A stretch of 64,000 nucleotides of DNA. Source: Ostrea edulis. Lineage: Eukaryota. Of the stretch, positions 53,701-63,772 are shown in pieces; within the stretch, counting starts at the first letter, position 1, and each line of letters begins with the position of its first letter. The notes under the pieces were generated by a model. That model did no database searches and was not told the origin of the DNA. It saw only the letters and a list, made by a program, of their open reading frames with translations. The translations under genes were made by a program, and so were the position numbers. The stretch covers positions 52,824,001 through 52,888,000 of the forward strand of contig NC_079171.1 of the NCBI RefSeq assembly GCF_947568905.1, read 5' to 3'.

Positions 53701-56700
53701 GGTGGAAGCTAGACTCCAAGAAGGTAAAGAATGAATTATGAGAATTGGAAGTTATAGTCCACGAAGGTAAGGTCTGAATTCTGAGAATTGGAAGTTACAG
53801 TCCACGAAGGTAAGATCTGAAATCTGAGAAGTGGAAATTATAGACTCCACGAAGGTAAAAAATGAATTCTGAGAGGTGGAAGCTAGACTCCATGAAGGTA
53901 AGGTCTGAAATCTGAGAAGTGGAAGCTAGACTCCACGAAGGTAAGGTCTGAATTCTGAGAGGTGGAAGATAGACTCCACGAAGGTAAGGTCTGAATTTTG
54001 AGAAGTGGAAGATAGACTCCACGAAGGTAAGGTCTGAATTTTGAGAAGTGGAAGCTAGAATCCACGAAGGTAAGGCCTGAAATCTGAGAAGTGGAAGTTA
54101 GACTCCACGAAGGTAAGGCCTGAATTCTGAGAAGTGGAAGCTAGACTCCACGAAGGTAAGGCCTGAATTCTGAGAAGTGGAAGCTAGACTCCATGAAGGT
54201 AAGGTCTGAAATCTGAGAAATGGAAGTCATAGACTCCACGAAGGTAAAGTCTGAATTCTGAGAAGTGGAAACTAGCTATGTCATTACAGGAAAATGGGAC
54301 TGTGAGACCCAGATCAGAATTTTCTGTAATTAACACATTGCAGGAAGGTAGGGTTGTGAGAGCAAGTGAGATCAATCAAAATTTTCCATTCCTAGGCACA
54401 GACTGTTACAAATCAGCTGTTCGGTCAAAAATGTTGGGCTCACTATAAAAACATGCAGTTTACTCTCATTTGTTCAGTAGAGGTAAAGAATTGCTCTGTT
54501 TCTGAAACAGGTGCATTATAATAAACCTTTGCTGAATGTTTGTTGATTGATTTTAGCTCAGACAGAGTGGCTTACACAGAGAAAGGAAATCTTTGATTCT
54601 CAACTGACTCAGGAAAGAGAAAAGTGGAAAAAATCTTCAGAGAACGAACTTCAACAGAAAGTTGAGGAGGAAAGGGAGAAGTGGAAAAAGACATTGGAAA
54701 ATGAACTTCAGAAGAATGTAGAGGAAGAGAGAGAAAGGTGGAAGAAGACTGCAGAGAAGGAATTCCAACAGAAAGTGGAGGACGAGAGAGAAAAGTGGAA
54801 AAAGACGGCTGAAAACGAATTTCTACAGAAAGTGGAGGAAGAAAAAGAAAAGTGGAAAACGACATTAGAAAATGAAGTGAAACAGAAAATAGAGGAAGAG
54901 AAAAACACCTGGGAAAAAGAAACAGAGAGAATTCTGCAGGAGAAATTGGCAGTAGAAAGAGAAACACTGAGAGGGGAACTGGAGAAAGAGAACCAGATTA
55001 AAGTATCTGACAGAAGAGATTTGTGGGAAAAAGAGTCTCAAGAAAAGCTAGAGAGGGAAAAGTCAGTGTGGGAGAAACAAGCGGAAGTAAGGGAGAATTC
55101 TTATATTGATAAAAGATTTATTTACTCATATAAATATCAGTATTGACTATGATATAAAGCTGTAGGGTATTTATACCAAGCAAAATGTAGTATTTAAAGA
55201 TTCATTGAGAAATTTGAAGATGATTATAACAATGCAATAATTTTGATGTCAGAGAAATTTAATTGATGTAAATCACAGTCATGTAAAATGAATAAAGCAA
55301 TTGTTTCCAGTTCACAAGAATACAAATATATGCTTTGTTTCAGGAAAGACTAATGTCAGAAAAGCGTGCCTGGGAGAAAACTGCAACGGAGAAGCTGACC
55401 TCAGAAAAGGATGCGTGGGACAGGGATGTGGAAGAGAGGTTCCGAGAGGAGCGGGCAGAATGGGGGAAAGTGTCAGAAGTGGAAATACAGCGCAAGGTGA
55501 CGGAAGCCATAGAAAAATGCCAGAGAGAGACGGAGAAGGAAATGAGGCGGGCTGTAGAGAAGGAAAGGTCAAAGGTCACTGCCAAGTGAGTTTATAGCTT
55601 TTTCCTTCAGTTTTCCATTTTTTAAAAACTCATTTACTTCAGTTTGTGAATTTGGTGTGTTCATACATCTACGTATTGAATTACCACATAACCCTGTATT
55701 AAAACTTATGGGGATCATACTTGGCCTGTATGTTTTATATTCACTCCTTACAACATAAGAAGCTTATTAAGGTTGAAATGACCAGCAAAACTCTGTACAA
55801 TATTTTAATCGTCTTGCAGGACTGAGCTGGACAAGGAATTGAAGAAAGAGAAGGAAAAATGGCAGAGGAAGTGGGAGGTGGAATTACAGGAGAGGATTCA
55901 AAAGGAGCGTAAGGACTGGGAGGAAAAGACGGAAATCGACATTCTACAGAGAATCCAGACAGAGAAGGTAGTCAGATCTAGGTCAAAGAAACGCTTAGAA
56001 CAAAAGCTGCGGAAAAAGATCCAAGCCAAAGATGCACGAGTGTTGATCAAATATATTGCATTATTTTAATTTTTATTTCTACGGTCATGCATGAATGATG
56101 TGTGTTTCATTTTATCAGCATTTGCAATTTCTGACAATAGACTTCTGACTAGGCCTTAGATTTTACATGATGATATACTGAAGTTTTATATTTGTTTTAT
56201 ATCGTAAAATGTATGTGTAACGTTAGAACTTTTTATGTTCAGCAAAATTGGAATGATGCCAAGGACAAGGAGATTGAAGAAAAAGTTGAGAAAGAGCAGA
56301 AGAACTGGGAGCAGAGCTTAGAATTGCAGACCCAGGAGAGGATCGAAACAGAAGTGGAGGGGCGGATATCACAGGAAAAGACCCAATGGAAGGCAGCAGC
56401 AGACAGGAAGATGACAGAGGAAATTCAGGCAGCCTTGGAGCAGGCTCGCAGAGAATGGGAGGACAGTCACGAGGAGAATGTGCAGAAAATTCGAGATGGC
56501 ATGGAGGAATCGATACAAGAGCGTGTAGCTGCTGAAGTTAGTTTTCTTTTATGACTGAAAAATATTTGAAGAAAAGGTAGCTTTTATTTTTTTCATTTGA
56601 TGACATTATATGCAGGTTTAGTGGTCGCAAACAATTTTATTGGCAATATGTAAGTGGAGCCAACCAGTATTGACATTCTAAACTAGACAGAGGCTAAGTA

Positions 56701-59700
56701 TTCACTCAACGTTTTACTTGATATATACCTTTTATCTCATTGATCTGTGTTTTTGCATAAAATGTTTAAGAAATGAATATAATTGATGTTACGTTTTTGT
56801 ACTGGGTTACTATGACGTCACAATCAAAAGGCTTGCCTCTTGTAAAGGCTCATTTTAACTGGCTCAAACTTCAGTACAAGAACCAATCAAAATGCAGATT
56901 ACAAAGCAGGTGTATCAGAAATGATGTGTGTATGACAGACTGTTTCTGTTCCATTATGGATTGGATGTCTGTTAAGGAAGGAAATCTTGGCAACATTTAT
57001 TAATACAGATAAAAAAAAGCTTCAGGCAAAAGTGTTCAGAGTAACATATCTTGAAATCTTTGTATCATGAAATGCTTAGTACAGCTAGGCTACATCTTTT
57101 GAAATGCATGTAACTTTTTTTTTCTGAGTTATTGAATTGAATATGCAAATGAAAGCAGTAATAAGTGATTTGTGTGTGTGTTAGGTGTCATTGGCCGTGG
57201 ACGAGTCCAAACGACTGTGGCAAAAAGAACATGATGCGGAGATGTTGGCAAATAATTCGTCTTTTGAGATCTCCCAAAGTGTTCTGAAAGAAGTAAGTTG
57301 TGAAATTTCATCTTTTGAGATTTCCCAGTGTTCTGCTTTGTCAATGAAAGGTCAAAGACAGGTTAAGGGTCAAGACAGTAATCAACTGGATGGTGTTGTA
57401 GCTACATATAAATGTACAGGAAATAGAGTAAATGTAGGTGGGGAGAGAAAGATCCTTTTGAATTTCTGGGTTAACGGTCAAAAGTCAAGGTAACAGTAAA
57501 TACTAATATGTAATGCAGAGGGAATGCTCTATTGTGCTGTGTTTTTGTTTACACAGCAATGAATACCTGAATGTATAGAAAATTTACTAAAGTTATTGTA
57601 CATGTACGTATATATATATAATTTACAGGAGATTGAGACCCTAAAGAAGGACCTAGAGTCGCTGACAATACAACTGAAATCACGAGAGGAGAAATTCCGG
57701 AGGGAGAAGTCCGAGTTGATTCGACAGAAGGATGTGGAGAGGAAACGAGCCGTGGAAGAGGTACAGGATCAGTGTGAAAAAGATTACCAGCAGTTCACAT
57801 CCGACCACCACGACACTTTGACACTAGCACTGAAAACCGCACGCGATCAGCACAATAAAGAAAAGGTAAAACCGCACATGATCAGCACAATAAAGTAAAG
57901 GTAAACACAGTACCACTGAAAACAGCACGGTAAAGAAAAGGTTTATACAACAAACTGCCCGCAATCAGCACAATAAAGTAAAGGTAAACACACTGACACT
58001 AGCACTGAAAACCGCACGCGATCAGCACAATAAAAAAAAGGTAATGATACTGACACTAGCACTGAAAACCGCATGCAGGCAGCACACTAAAAAGAAGGTA
58101 ACCAGTGATTTATATTCTAACATTAACACTGCACACAGGCAGCACATTTACACTAGTATTGAACACCGCATACAGACAGCACATTTACACTAGCACTGAA
58201 CACCGCACACAGACAGCACATTTACACTAGCACTGAACACCGCACACAGGCAGCACATTTACACTAGCACTGAACACCGCACACAGGCAGCACATTTACA
58301 CTAGCACTGAACACCGCACACAGGCAGCACATTTACACTAGCACTGAACACTGCACGCAGGCAGCACATTACACTAGCACTGAACACTGCTGTAATAACA
58401 AGGAGTCAAAGTGAACACATACATTTAGTAGACTGGAAGAATGTACAACAAGGTTAATGGCACTAGCAAAATTAATGCTGAAAATTTTGTCACATTTTGT
58501 GTACAGTTTTGAATGCTGAAAAGTAGACCCACACACACAAATTAAAATTGTTGTCGGGAAAAAATGTCATTTTATCAGAAACAATGTTCCATAGAAACAT
58601 GGGTTCTGAGGAAAATTAACATCCGAAAAAGTTTGTATAACTTAGGGATAGCGAGTTCTGAAGTGTTATTTTACTGGTTTTGATGTGGGATGTGTTGCTT
58701 TTTACAGATGGAGCTAGAAAGGAGGCATGCTGAAGAGATCAAAAAGCACCAGTTTAAAGAGAACCAGATGAAGGAAGCTTTTAAAACTGCCACCTCCGAC
58801 AAGGTTTGTTTAAAAAACAAAATCTAAAAATTTATGAAATACTTTGTGTTTTTTGGTTGTATATAGATTAACTCAACAATTGCTCAACAAACTTTCACTC
58901 GTACATGTATGGAGATGTCACAATTGCTGGTGAAGGGCTGCAAAATTTAGGCCTATGCTCAGCACTTATAGCCTTTGAGCAGGTAGGGATATTTATCGTG
59001 CCACACCTGCTGTAACACAGGACCTCGGTTTTTGCGGTCTCATCCGAAAGACCGCCCCATATATTCACCTCTTACAGCAAGCAAGGGGTACTGAGGATCT
59101 ATTCTAACCGGGATTTCCACAGTTAACATACAAAAGAGTTATGTTTCAATACTGTTAATAAAACCTGTGACTGAGTGGCGTAACACAAATTCTCATCATC
59201 ATGCCTGTTAAATGTCAACAGTGATTGTAGACCTACATTTGTACAGGTTAACAAACTCATGTTGTGATCTTCATATTCATGAATCTTGGTCGTCAAAAGT
59301 CAACAGGCTGCATAGTCGTCTACTTCACGTAAGAAAATGACACAATTTGTTATCAAAATAATAAAATGCAGAGGTCTCTGCCCTATATGTAAGAAAAGGA
59401 CAATTTGTAGAAATTTCAGTGCGAAAAGGACATAGTACAAACCACAGTGTGACACTTGAGAGTAGCAGAACAAAGCATTTTCATTGATAACTCGAAATGT
59501 GCTTTATTCCTACATGGATCGCTACTTAAATAACGCTACTTGACAATTCTGCATTGGATTAATTATAATCTATGTACATTGTACATGGAGTTTCTCCTCA
59601 CAAAATTTTAGTCGCAACAAAATATCTTAATTATTTTCAGTTTTGCAAAAATGTTGACATTAATATAGAATGTTGAAATGTTATTATCTTTTTCAGACCA

Positions 59701-62700
59701 CAGGCCATCCTTCTGAGGAAGACGAAAAATACCAAAGAGAGAGAGAATTGTGGGAGAAGGAGAACTATCGACTGAAACAGGAAGTGATGGAACGTGATGA
59801 CCTACTGGAGAAAGCCGATCGTCATTTGGCACAGGAAGTAGATCGCCTACGCTCAGAACTGGAAATAGCTTATCAGAATCGACTAGACGCTGAAAAATTG
59901 AATTTAAAGAGAGAATTCAAGGAAGGACATCAGTCTGATGAGTCAGATCGCGCTAAACTGGAAGCTAAATTAATGGATCTCAAGCACGAGAAAGAGAGAT
60001 TCCGAACGGAGTTAAGTAAAGTCACGGAAGAAAACAAAAAAGTGATTGACGAGATCCACAAGGTCACGGACGAAAGTTACAAGGTCAAATGTCAGGTACA
60101 TAGACTTGGGGAGGAGAACCAGAGATTAAAAGAGGAATTGAAATCCACGAAGGAGCAGGGATTCGACGAGAGTAGACGGTATGTGAAGGAGATTCAGGAA
60201 CTCAGGGGGAAACTGGATAACCAGGAACAAGGGGTTGAAGTTCAAAAACTCAAGGCCGAGTGTGAGAAACTGAGGTCAGAGAATGACGGGATTTCCACGA
60301 TTCGGTTGGAATCTGAGAGATTAAAAACCAAGTGGCAAGAGATTCTGAGTGAAAAATCTGATCTGGAGACGAAGTTCTCCAGGCTGGAGTCGAGACTTCA
60401 GCAGAGTGAAAACGAGAAACAGGAAATGGTGGAGAATTATGGGATACTTAAGTCGCAGCTGGATAAAGTGGCCTCAGAGAAGGTTTTGTTCTCGGAAAAT
60501 ATTAAAAATCTGGAGATGGCTTACAAAAAAGATCTTGCTCAGCAGAAACAGAAACAGGACGAAAGTCAGGCCCGCCTAGCTCGCTCGGAGAAAATGCTGT
60601 ATGACATCAAACACTATTACAAGTATGATATATATCTAGAGAAACTTATTTAAATGAAGATTTCTACGGGATCTATGTATTAACATGCTGTTTGGTTATA
60701 GATAAGCATTTAATTAAATGAACATTTTACGGAATTTATAAGATTAACATGCTGTTTGCTTTTTCGATGCAACAAAATGCCATGAATCAAAAATTAATTT
60801 TTTTGAAGAAATTATTTTATTTCAAGATTTAAAATTTTCATTTAAAGTTTAGCATATATATTCTATCATTGCTATGCACCAACATGTTCAGAACTTGGTA
60901 ATATTTACGTTGGGGGGGTGTTGGGGGTTGGGGGGGTTAGAATAATTTTCCTTGTGACCTATGTGCATCTACCAATGTGTCAAAATTTTTCCCTTCAGTC
61001 GATACTTGACTAAAATATTTTGTGTGTAAGCTCAGTTATTATAGTCAATAGTGCTCATGTTTTAAATTTCATAAGAATTGTGAATGTTTTGTTCATTTTA
61101 TTTGAAATTGGGGATAATAATTTTAATTGGTAGGAAAAGGAAAAATGTCTTTTAAATGTATATAATGTCTACCTAAGAAATTGGACATTTTCTTCTTACT
61201 TTAAAATTGATTCATAAAGAATGAGTGGACTTCTTCTTTCCTAGCTGCAATAATGTAGCCCTATCCAATTTTTTCCTCTCCTAAAAAAACCTCAGATAAA
61301 AAAAAGTAGGAGAGAGCTATATTGCAGCTACATTGTACATTTATTTGTTTCCCAATGCTTCTTGCTGTCTGAAACCGCTTAGAGACATCAGCGTTTCATG
61401 ATTTTGTCCTGTGTCTTGTAGAAACGAGATCGATAAGGTGAAGAAGTCCTTAGAGAAGGACAACACCATTGCCATGGAGTCCATGAAGAACAAAATGAGA
61501 GAAATGGCCAAGGCCCACAACTCCGCGATGTCCTCCCTGACGCGTCAGTATAAGGAGGAAATCAGCGAGATGAAGGGGCACTCAACAGAAAAGTCGTGCA
61601 GTGACACGGAAGTGCAGGTACACGTGACTATTTAGTCTCCATCGAGCAGACTCTTTGAAGCATGACTATTACGTTTTTAAAAAAGTCTAATGTTGCCTTT
61701 TGTTTGAATTCATTTCCAGATCTTCCATGATTTTTTTCTCTATATCAAAATCAGTATTTAAATTGTTTTTAATGCACAAGGTTCAAACTTCTGGCCCTTA
61801 AACTTAATTCATTCAATGATCTTTTTTTTTTTGGACTAAAACTGTTTTTGTGCTGGTATTCTAGCAATTTAGATGTTGAATACTTTAAAAGCTAAACTGC
61901 GATGGGACATCTTGTGAAAATAAGGACTGACTAGATTATTAGGATGTATATATATGTGTACTGTACAAAGAGAGGTAACTCGTACCTCACACAGGATTAG
62001 TGATGGATTTTAAAATTTATAAAAGTGTTTAAAATTTCAGACTGACTCTGAGGACCTGAGTGATGACAGCATGTTTGAATTGAGGGACCAATACTTGGAC
62101 ACGGTCAACAAGATCAAAGGTCAGAGTTCAAAGTGACTGCTGAGGTATCAAGAGTCACTATTGTAGATTAATGTTCACCTTTAGAGGGGCCCTCGGATAT
62201 ACCTGTCCATTTTGCACACCTTAGAACTTTGCAAGATATCAGATATAAATGTTACCTTAGATCTGTATATGATATCAGATGTAAATGTCATGAGATCGCT
62301 CCATTGATTACACATATGAGTCACGTGATTTGCTCTTCATCAGTTGAAAAAAGATGAGTATCACCCATAATGCTTTCCGAAAAAATGTCGCCGTCACTGC
62401 GGTAGACTTCATTGATAAACCCGTAATTAAAATAATTAGATTGTTTAGAAAGTACCATAAACGTTTTTAAATTCCAGACAAGCTTTCTCATAGCTTCAAA
62501 CATTTTGTTTTTGCTTGGTTCGAAAGAAGAAGAAAAAAACATTGCAGCTAATATGACGTCATAATTTGTGACTGTTTACATCAAGCACGTTATATTTCCC
62601 GCGTCAAATGAAGAGGCGGATAAAAGTCGCGTTGCAAGATGTTAATGGGCTTTGCTCATCTCAACGGTCACACCGTACAACATATTATTCACTATGATCA

Positions 62701-63772
62701 GTGATGCTATGGGTGTTTTATAAGATATCAGATGACCATGATCACTGTTTTATAAGATATCAGATGACCATGATCAGTGATGCAATGTTGGGTGTTTTAT
62801 ACGATATCAGATGACCATGATCAGTGATGCAATGTTGGGTGTTTTATAAGATATCAGATGACCTTGATCAGTGATGCTGTGTTGGGTGTTTTATAAGATA
62901 TCAGATGACCATGATCACTGTTTTATAAGATATCAGATGACCATGATCACTGTTTTATAAGATATCTGATGACCATGATCAGTGATGCTATGTTGAGTGA
63001 CACATGATTATTGCATCCTCAGAATTTGTCATGAAAGTAATTGCTTGTATAATGCATTGTAGAATTATAGATGCAGTTTGAATGTATATTTTATGGTACT
63101 TACCAAGTCTGCTGTATATTTATATATATGTACATGTTTCTGCCATACACCAAAAGGGGCCTCCGTGGTCGAGTGGTTAGAGCATTGCACTCTAAATCAC
63201 ACGTCATATCACCTCTGGTCGGCGCGGGTGCGAAATCCGCTTGCGCTGGTAAGTGAGAAAGTTTCCCAGTTTACTTTCGGAAGGTCGGTGGTCTTTTCTA
63301 GGTACATTGTATCTGGGTTCTCTCTTCCACCAATAAAAAAACTAGGCACCACCAGATAACTGGAAAAATTGTTGAGTGTGGCGGAAAACAGCAAATCAAT
63401 CAATCATACACCAAAAATGATTGGATCTCTTCAACCCGTTCATTGAGCTTATGATATGCAACAAATAACTGTTATTCAAACTCATGACAAATGAAGCATA
63501 GAAGTTAATGTGATTCTAAGAGGAGAGAACTCATGGTTTGAGCTTGTGTTAATACATGCACTGAATAATTCACACAAACGGCAGTGTAATAATGTTTAAA
63601 GTATTTTTATTTTACTCGTAGATGATGTCATGAAACATATCACGGATACAAACATGCGAGCAGCAGAAACCGTCCGACAAGAAATGCAGAAAGAGCGTAA
63701 CACAACATTGGCTCAACTCAAAAAGATTTACATGGAGAATGTCCGCAAAGTGCTGCACAACGAAATCATCGG
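28605..63772 (+). CDS. CEP152: Centrosomal protein of 152 kDa (asterless orthologue), 28 coding exons in the window, continuing past the end
   Basis: All GT-AG junctions are phase-consistent (6107 nt). Recognisable CEP152 blocks: [89 protein letters not shown]. Confidence 0.93.
28720..29105. repeat. 22-bp minisatellite (AGGTCAGTATCTGTGGTTAATT)n seeded at the exon 1 donor
   Basis: The unit contains AG|GTCAGT; about 16 copies. Confidence 0.9.
29265..29748. repeat. 17/20-bp minisatellite (GTTGTTGTTTACATTCAGYG)n
   Basis: Direct reading; accounts for the three overlapping spurious ORFs. Confidence 0.95.
31747..32016 (-). mobile_element. Structured-head SINE copy
   Basis: Reverse complement matches 14402-14672. 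Confidence 0.85.
32729..32853 (+). CDS. CEP152: CEP152 exon 2 ([17 protein letters not shown]...)
   Basis: CAG acceptor, AC|GTACGT donor, phase 0 to 2. Confidence 0.9.
33192..33394 (+). CDS. CEP152: CEP152 exon 3
   Basis: GACAG acceptor, G|GTAAGC donor, phase 2 to 1. Confidence 0.85.
34290..34512 (+). mobile_element. Tc1/mariner-like MITE
   Basis: TIR CCGTATAAGGGGAATTTTTAGCG / CGCTAAAAATTCTGCTTATATGG (20/23), TA after the right end. Other copies at 39988 and 48925. Confidence 0.75.
34744..35113 (+). CDS. CEP152: CEP152 exon 4 (His/Gln-rich)
   Basis: TTTGCAG acceptor, AG|GTCAGC donor, phase 1 to 2, matching exon 5. Confidence 0.8.
35548..35906 (+). CDS. CEP152: CEP152 exon 5 (His/Pro/Glu-rich)
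   Basis: TTTTCAG acceptor, G|GTGTGT donor, phase 2 to 1. Confidence 0.8.
36500..36655 (+). CDS. CEP152: CEP152 exon 6 ([12 protein letters not shown]...REIRILKHQ)
   Basis: Conserved block, phase 1 to 1. Confidence 0.92.
36642..36772. repeat. 19-bp array (CTCACTGACTAAAG|GTAAT)n straddling the exon 6 donor
   Basis: About 7 copies. Confidence 0.92.
36888..37027 (+). CDS. CEP152: CEP152 exon 7 ([14 protein letters not shown]...)
   Basis: TTTTAG acceptor, GAG|GTTTGT donor, phase 1 to 0. Confidence 0.9.
37020..37830. repeat. ~60-90-bp compound array seeded at the exon 7 donor
   Basis: Units contain GAGGAG|GTTT.TAGCAGCCCATTAATAAC...TCAATATAAGCATCCAA. Confidence 0.9.
38113..38313 (+). CDS. CEP152: CEP152 exon 8
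   Basis: [12 protein letters not shown] block, TCG|GTGAGT donor. Confidence 0.92.
38561..39183 (+). mobile_element. Helentron-associated non-autonomous element (HINE) with ~166-bp Cg170-like satellite monomers
   Basis: 5' TTAGCTCACCTGAGC subTIR, GTC-microsatellite, about 2.5 monomers (TCTTCTC.AGAACCA..., AAGCTT site, TTCAAGTTTG), 3' CTCAGGTGAGC and GGCCCATGGGCC hairpin, then CTTGTT. Confidence 0.85.
39362..39509 (+). CDS. CEP152: CEP152 exon 9 ([16 protein letters not shown])
   Basis: Conserved block, phase 0 to 1. Confidence 0.93.
39495..39685. repeat. 55-bp array straddling the exon 9 donor, 4 copies
   Basis: Junction copies at 39510 (GT), 39565 (TT), 39620 (TT) and 39675 (GT). Confidence 0.92.
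39851..39942 (+). CDS. CEP152: CEP152 exon 10
   Basis: TTTTAAG acceptor, CAG|GTAAAT donor. The last 32 exonic nt plus GT are duplicated exactly at 39945-39978. Confidence 0.88.
39988..40217 (-). mobile_element. Tc1/mariner-like MITE copy
   Basis: Reverse complement matches 34290-34512. Confidence 0.7.
40830..40993 (+). CDS. CEP152: CEP152 exon 11 ([16 protein letters not shown]...DLGIK)
   Basis: Conserved block, AA|GTATGT donor. Confidence 0.92.
40983..42200. repeat. 34-bp minisatellite, about 36 copies, straddling the exon 11 donor
   Basis: Unit GAACCTGT(G/A)AA(G/T)TATGTAAAGATCGAGATTGTCT. Confidence 0.95.
42410..42650. repeat. ~59-bp tandem repeat, about 4 copies
   Basis: ATAAATCATCAACAGAATTCCTGAAC...CGTATCTTAAAACGCTATAAA. 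Confidence 0.9.
42882..43083 (+). CDS. CEP152: CEP152 exon 12
   Basis: LKIELERCL block, phase 2 to 0. Confidence 0.9.
43546..43671 (+). CDS. CEP152: CEP152 exon 13
   Basis: TTTCAG acceptor, 42 open codons, GAG|GTAAGG donor. Confidence 0.85.
44045..44304 (+). CDS. CEP152: CEP152 exon 14 ([18 protein letters not shown])
   Basis: Conserved block, phase 0 to 2. Confidence 0.93.
44752..45163 (+). mobile_element. HINE-like element with two internal ~160-bp monomers
   Basis: GTCCCC 5' and GGGGAC 3' motifs, repeated GTGGA..CAACTCCTCG...ATATGTAGTTGATCATATT, CTTGT end. Confidence 0.6.
45207..45342 (+). CDS. CEP152: CEP152 exon 15
   Basis: KELYVKVC block, phase 2 to 0. Confidence 0.9.
45399..45663 (-). 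mobile_element. Structured-head SINE copy
   Basis: Reverse complement matches 14402-14672. Confidence 0.85.
46010..46220. repeat. 22/24-bp array straddling the exon 16 acceptor
   Basis: Unit GAATGGTCTGTAAATGTTAT(AT)T. Only the last copy has ...TTATAG|TTGAAGG. Confidence 0.9.
46212..46361 (+). CDS. CEP152: CEP152 exon 16
   Basis: 50 open codons, AAG|GTAAAG donor. Confidence 0.88.
46356..46505. repeat. 50/51-bp array straddling the exon 16 donor, 3 copies
   Basis: ACTAAG|GTAAAGTAAA at 46356, 46407 and 46457. Confidence 0.9.
47500..47826. repeat. ~41-bp tandem repeat (AATTCAAGTTTGTTCAACTGAAAACTTCCTTATGTAA), probably derived from a Cg170-like monomer
   Basis: Direct reading; the sequence resumes after the inserted MITE at 48394. 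Confidence 0.8.
47827..48393. mobile_element. 567-bp MITE, PIF/Harbinger-like
   Basis: TIR GGTCGCACTTGTTTCA / TGAAACAAGTGCGCCC (15/16) and 3-bp TSD AGA (47824-47826, 48394-48396). Confidence 0.8.
48925..49210 (-). mobile_element. Partial Tc1/mariner-like MITE with internal 43-bp tandem copies
   Basis: Matches 34290 and 39988; AGAATTGAATATCGCTAACAATTCAATCCATATCGGAG recurs three times. Confidence 0.7.
49346..49651. mobile_element. Kolobok-like MITE containing a tRNA-like segment (49480-49548, minus)
   Basis: TTAA flanks at 49342-49345 and 49652-49655, TIR GGAGGCATGCTACA / TGTAGAGTACCTCT (10/14), internal A box TAGCTCAGTAGG and B box GTTCGAGTC. Confidence 0.7.
49740..49820 (+). mobile_element. 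SINE 3' tail fragment
   Basis: GACATCTCCATATG...GAGTGAAAAATTCTCAAGCGGGACGTTAAACAA...(CAAC)n. Confidence 0.75.
50820..51135. repeat. ~55-60-bp tandem repeat
   Basis: GGGCAGTAAACACATTAATAGGAGACCCT.CATACAAAAATCTAACTTCAGG recurs about 5 times. Confidence 0.88.
52500..53390. repeat. Two adjacent CT-rich minisatellites (~70-bp unit at 52500-52760; ~65-bp unit at 52790-53390)
   Basis: TCTGTCTGTAGGTGTCTCACTCTATCAACCCATTTCC... and CCTCTCTCCTGTCTGGTTAACTCTACAACCCCACCTCTC. Confidence 0.9.
53576..53723 (+). CDS. CEP152: CEP152 exon 17
   Basis: ATTTCAG acceptor, G|GTAAAG donor, phase 0 to 1. Confidence 0.88.
53702..54275. repeat. 43-bp array, about 13 copies, straddling the exon 17 donor
   Basis: GTGGAAGCTAGACTCCACGAAG|GTAAGGTCTGAATTCTGAGAA; period 43 measured at 54061, 54104 and 54147. 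Confidence 0.95.
54557..55086 (+). CDS. CEP152: CEP152 exon 18 (19-aa Trp repeats)
   Basis: Phase 1 to 0; [19 protein letters not shown] repeats. Confidence 0.9.
55344..55585 (+). CDS. CEP152: CEP152 exon 19
   Basis: Phase 0 to 2, AA|GTGAGT donor. Confidence 0.88.
55820..55967 (+). CDS. CEP152: CEP152 exon 20
   Basis: Phase 2 to 0. Confidence 0.88.
56243..56536 (+). CDS. CEP152: CEP152 exon 21
   Basis: Phase 0 to 0, GAA|GTTAGT donor. Confidence 0.88.
57185..57292 (+). CDS. CEP152: CEP152 exon 22
   Basis: Phase 0 to 0, GAA|GTAAGT donor. The exon end is copied degenerately at ~57305-57335. Confidence 0.85.
57629..57865 (+). CDS. CEP152: CEP152 exon 23
   Basis: Phase 0 to 0, AAG|GTAAAA donor. 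Confidence 0.88.
57820..58390. repeat. Exon 23 donor-seeded array grading into a ~37-bp minisatellite
   Basis: ACTAGCACTGAAAACCGCAC...AAAG|GTAA copies are followed by (ACACAGGCAGCACATTTACACTAGCACTGAACACCGC)n. Confidence 0.9.
58708..58803 (+). CDS. CEP152: CEP152 exon 24
   Basis: TTTTACAG acceptor, 32 open codons. Confidence 0.82.
58855..59120 (-). mobile_element. Structured-head SINE copy
   Basis: Reverse complement matches 14402-14672. Confidence 0.85.
59697..60622 (+). CDS. CEP152: CEP152 exon 25 (large coiled-coil exon)
   Basis: 926 nt open, phase 0 to 2. Confidence 0.9.
61422..61617 (+). CDS. CEP152: CEP152 exon 26
   Basis: Phase 2 to 0. Confidence 0.88.
62041..62119 (+). CDS. CEP152: CEP152 exon 27 ([13 protein letters not shown])
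   Basis: Conserved C-terminal block, phase 0 to 1. Confidence 0.9.
62695..63000. repeat. Minisatellite (TTTTATAAGATATCAGATGACCATGATCA...)n
   Basis: Direct reading; ~35-50-bp variants. Confidence 0.88.
63156..63404 (+). mobile_element. tRNA-derived V-domain-like SINE with a 12-bp TSD
   Basis: TSD CATACACCAAAA at 63144-63155 and 63405-63416; homologous to 16039. Confidence 0.88.
63622..63772 (+). CDS. CEP152: CEP152 exon 28
   Basis: DDVMKHIT...[14 protein letters not shown] block. Donor GG|GTAGGT is assumed; without splicing the frame ends at GGG TAG. Confidence 0.82.

Noticed and set aside
54572-55597. Antisense Ser/Phe-rich ORFs and the alternative-frame ORF at 55301
   Set aside because: Shadows of the purine-rich E/K/R exons 18-19.
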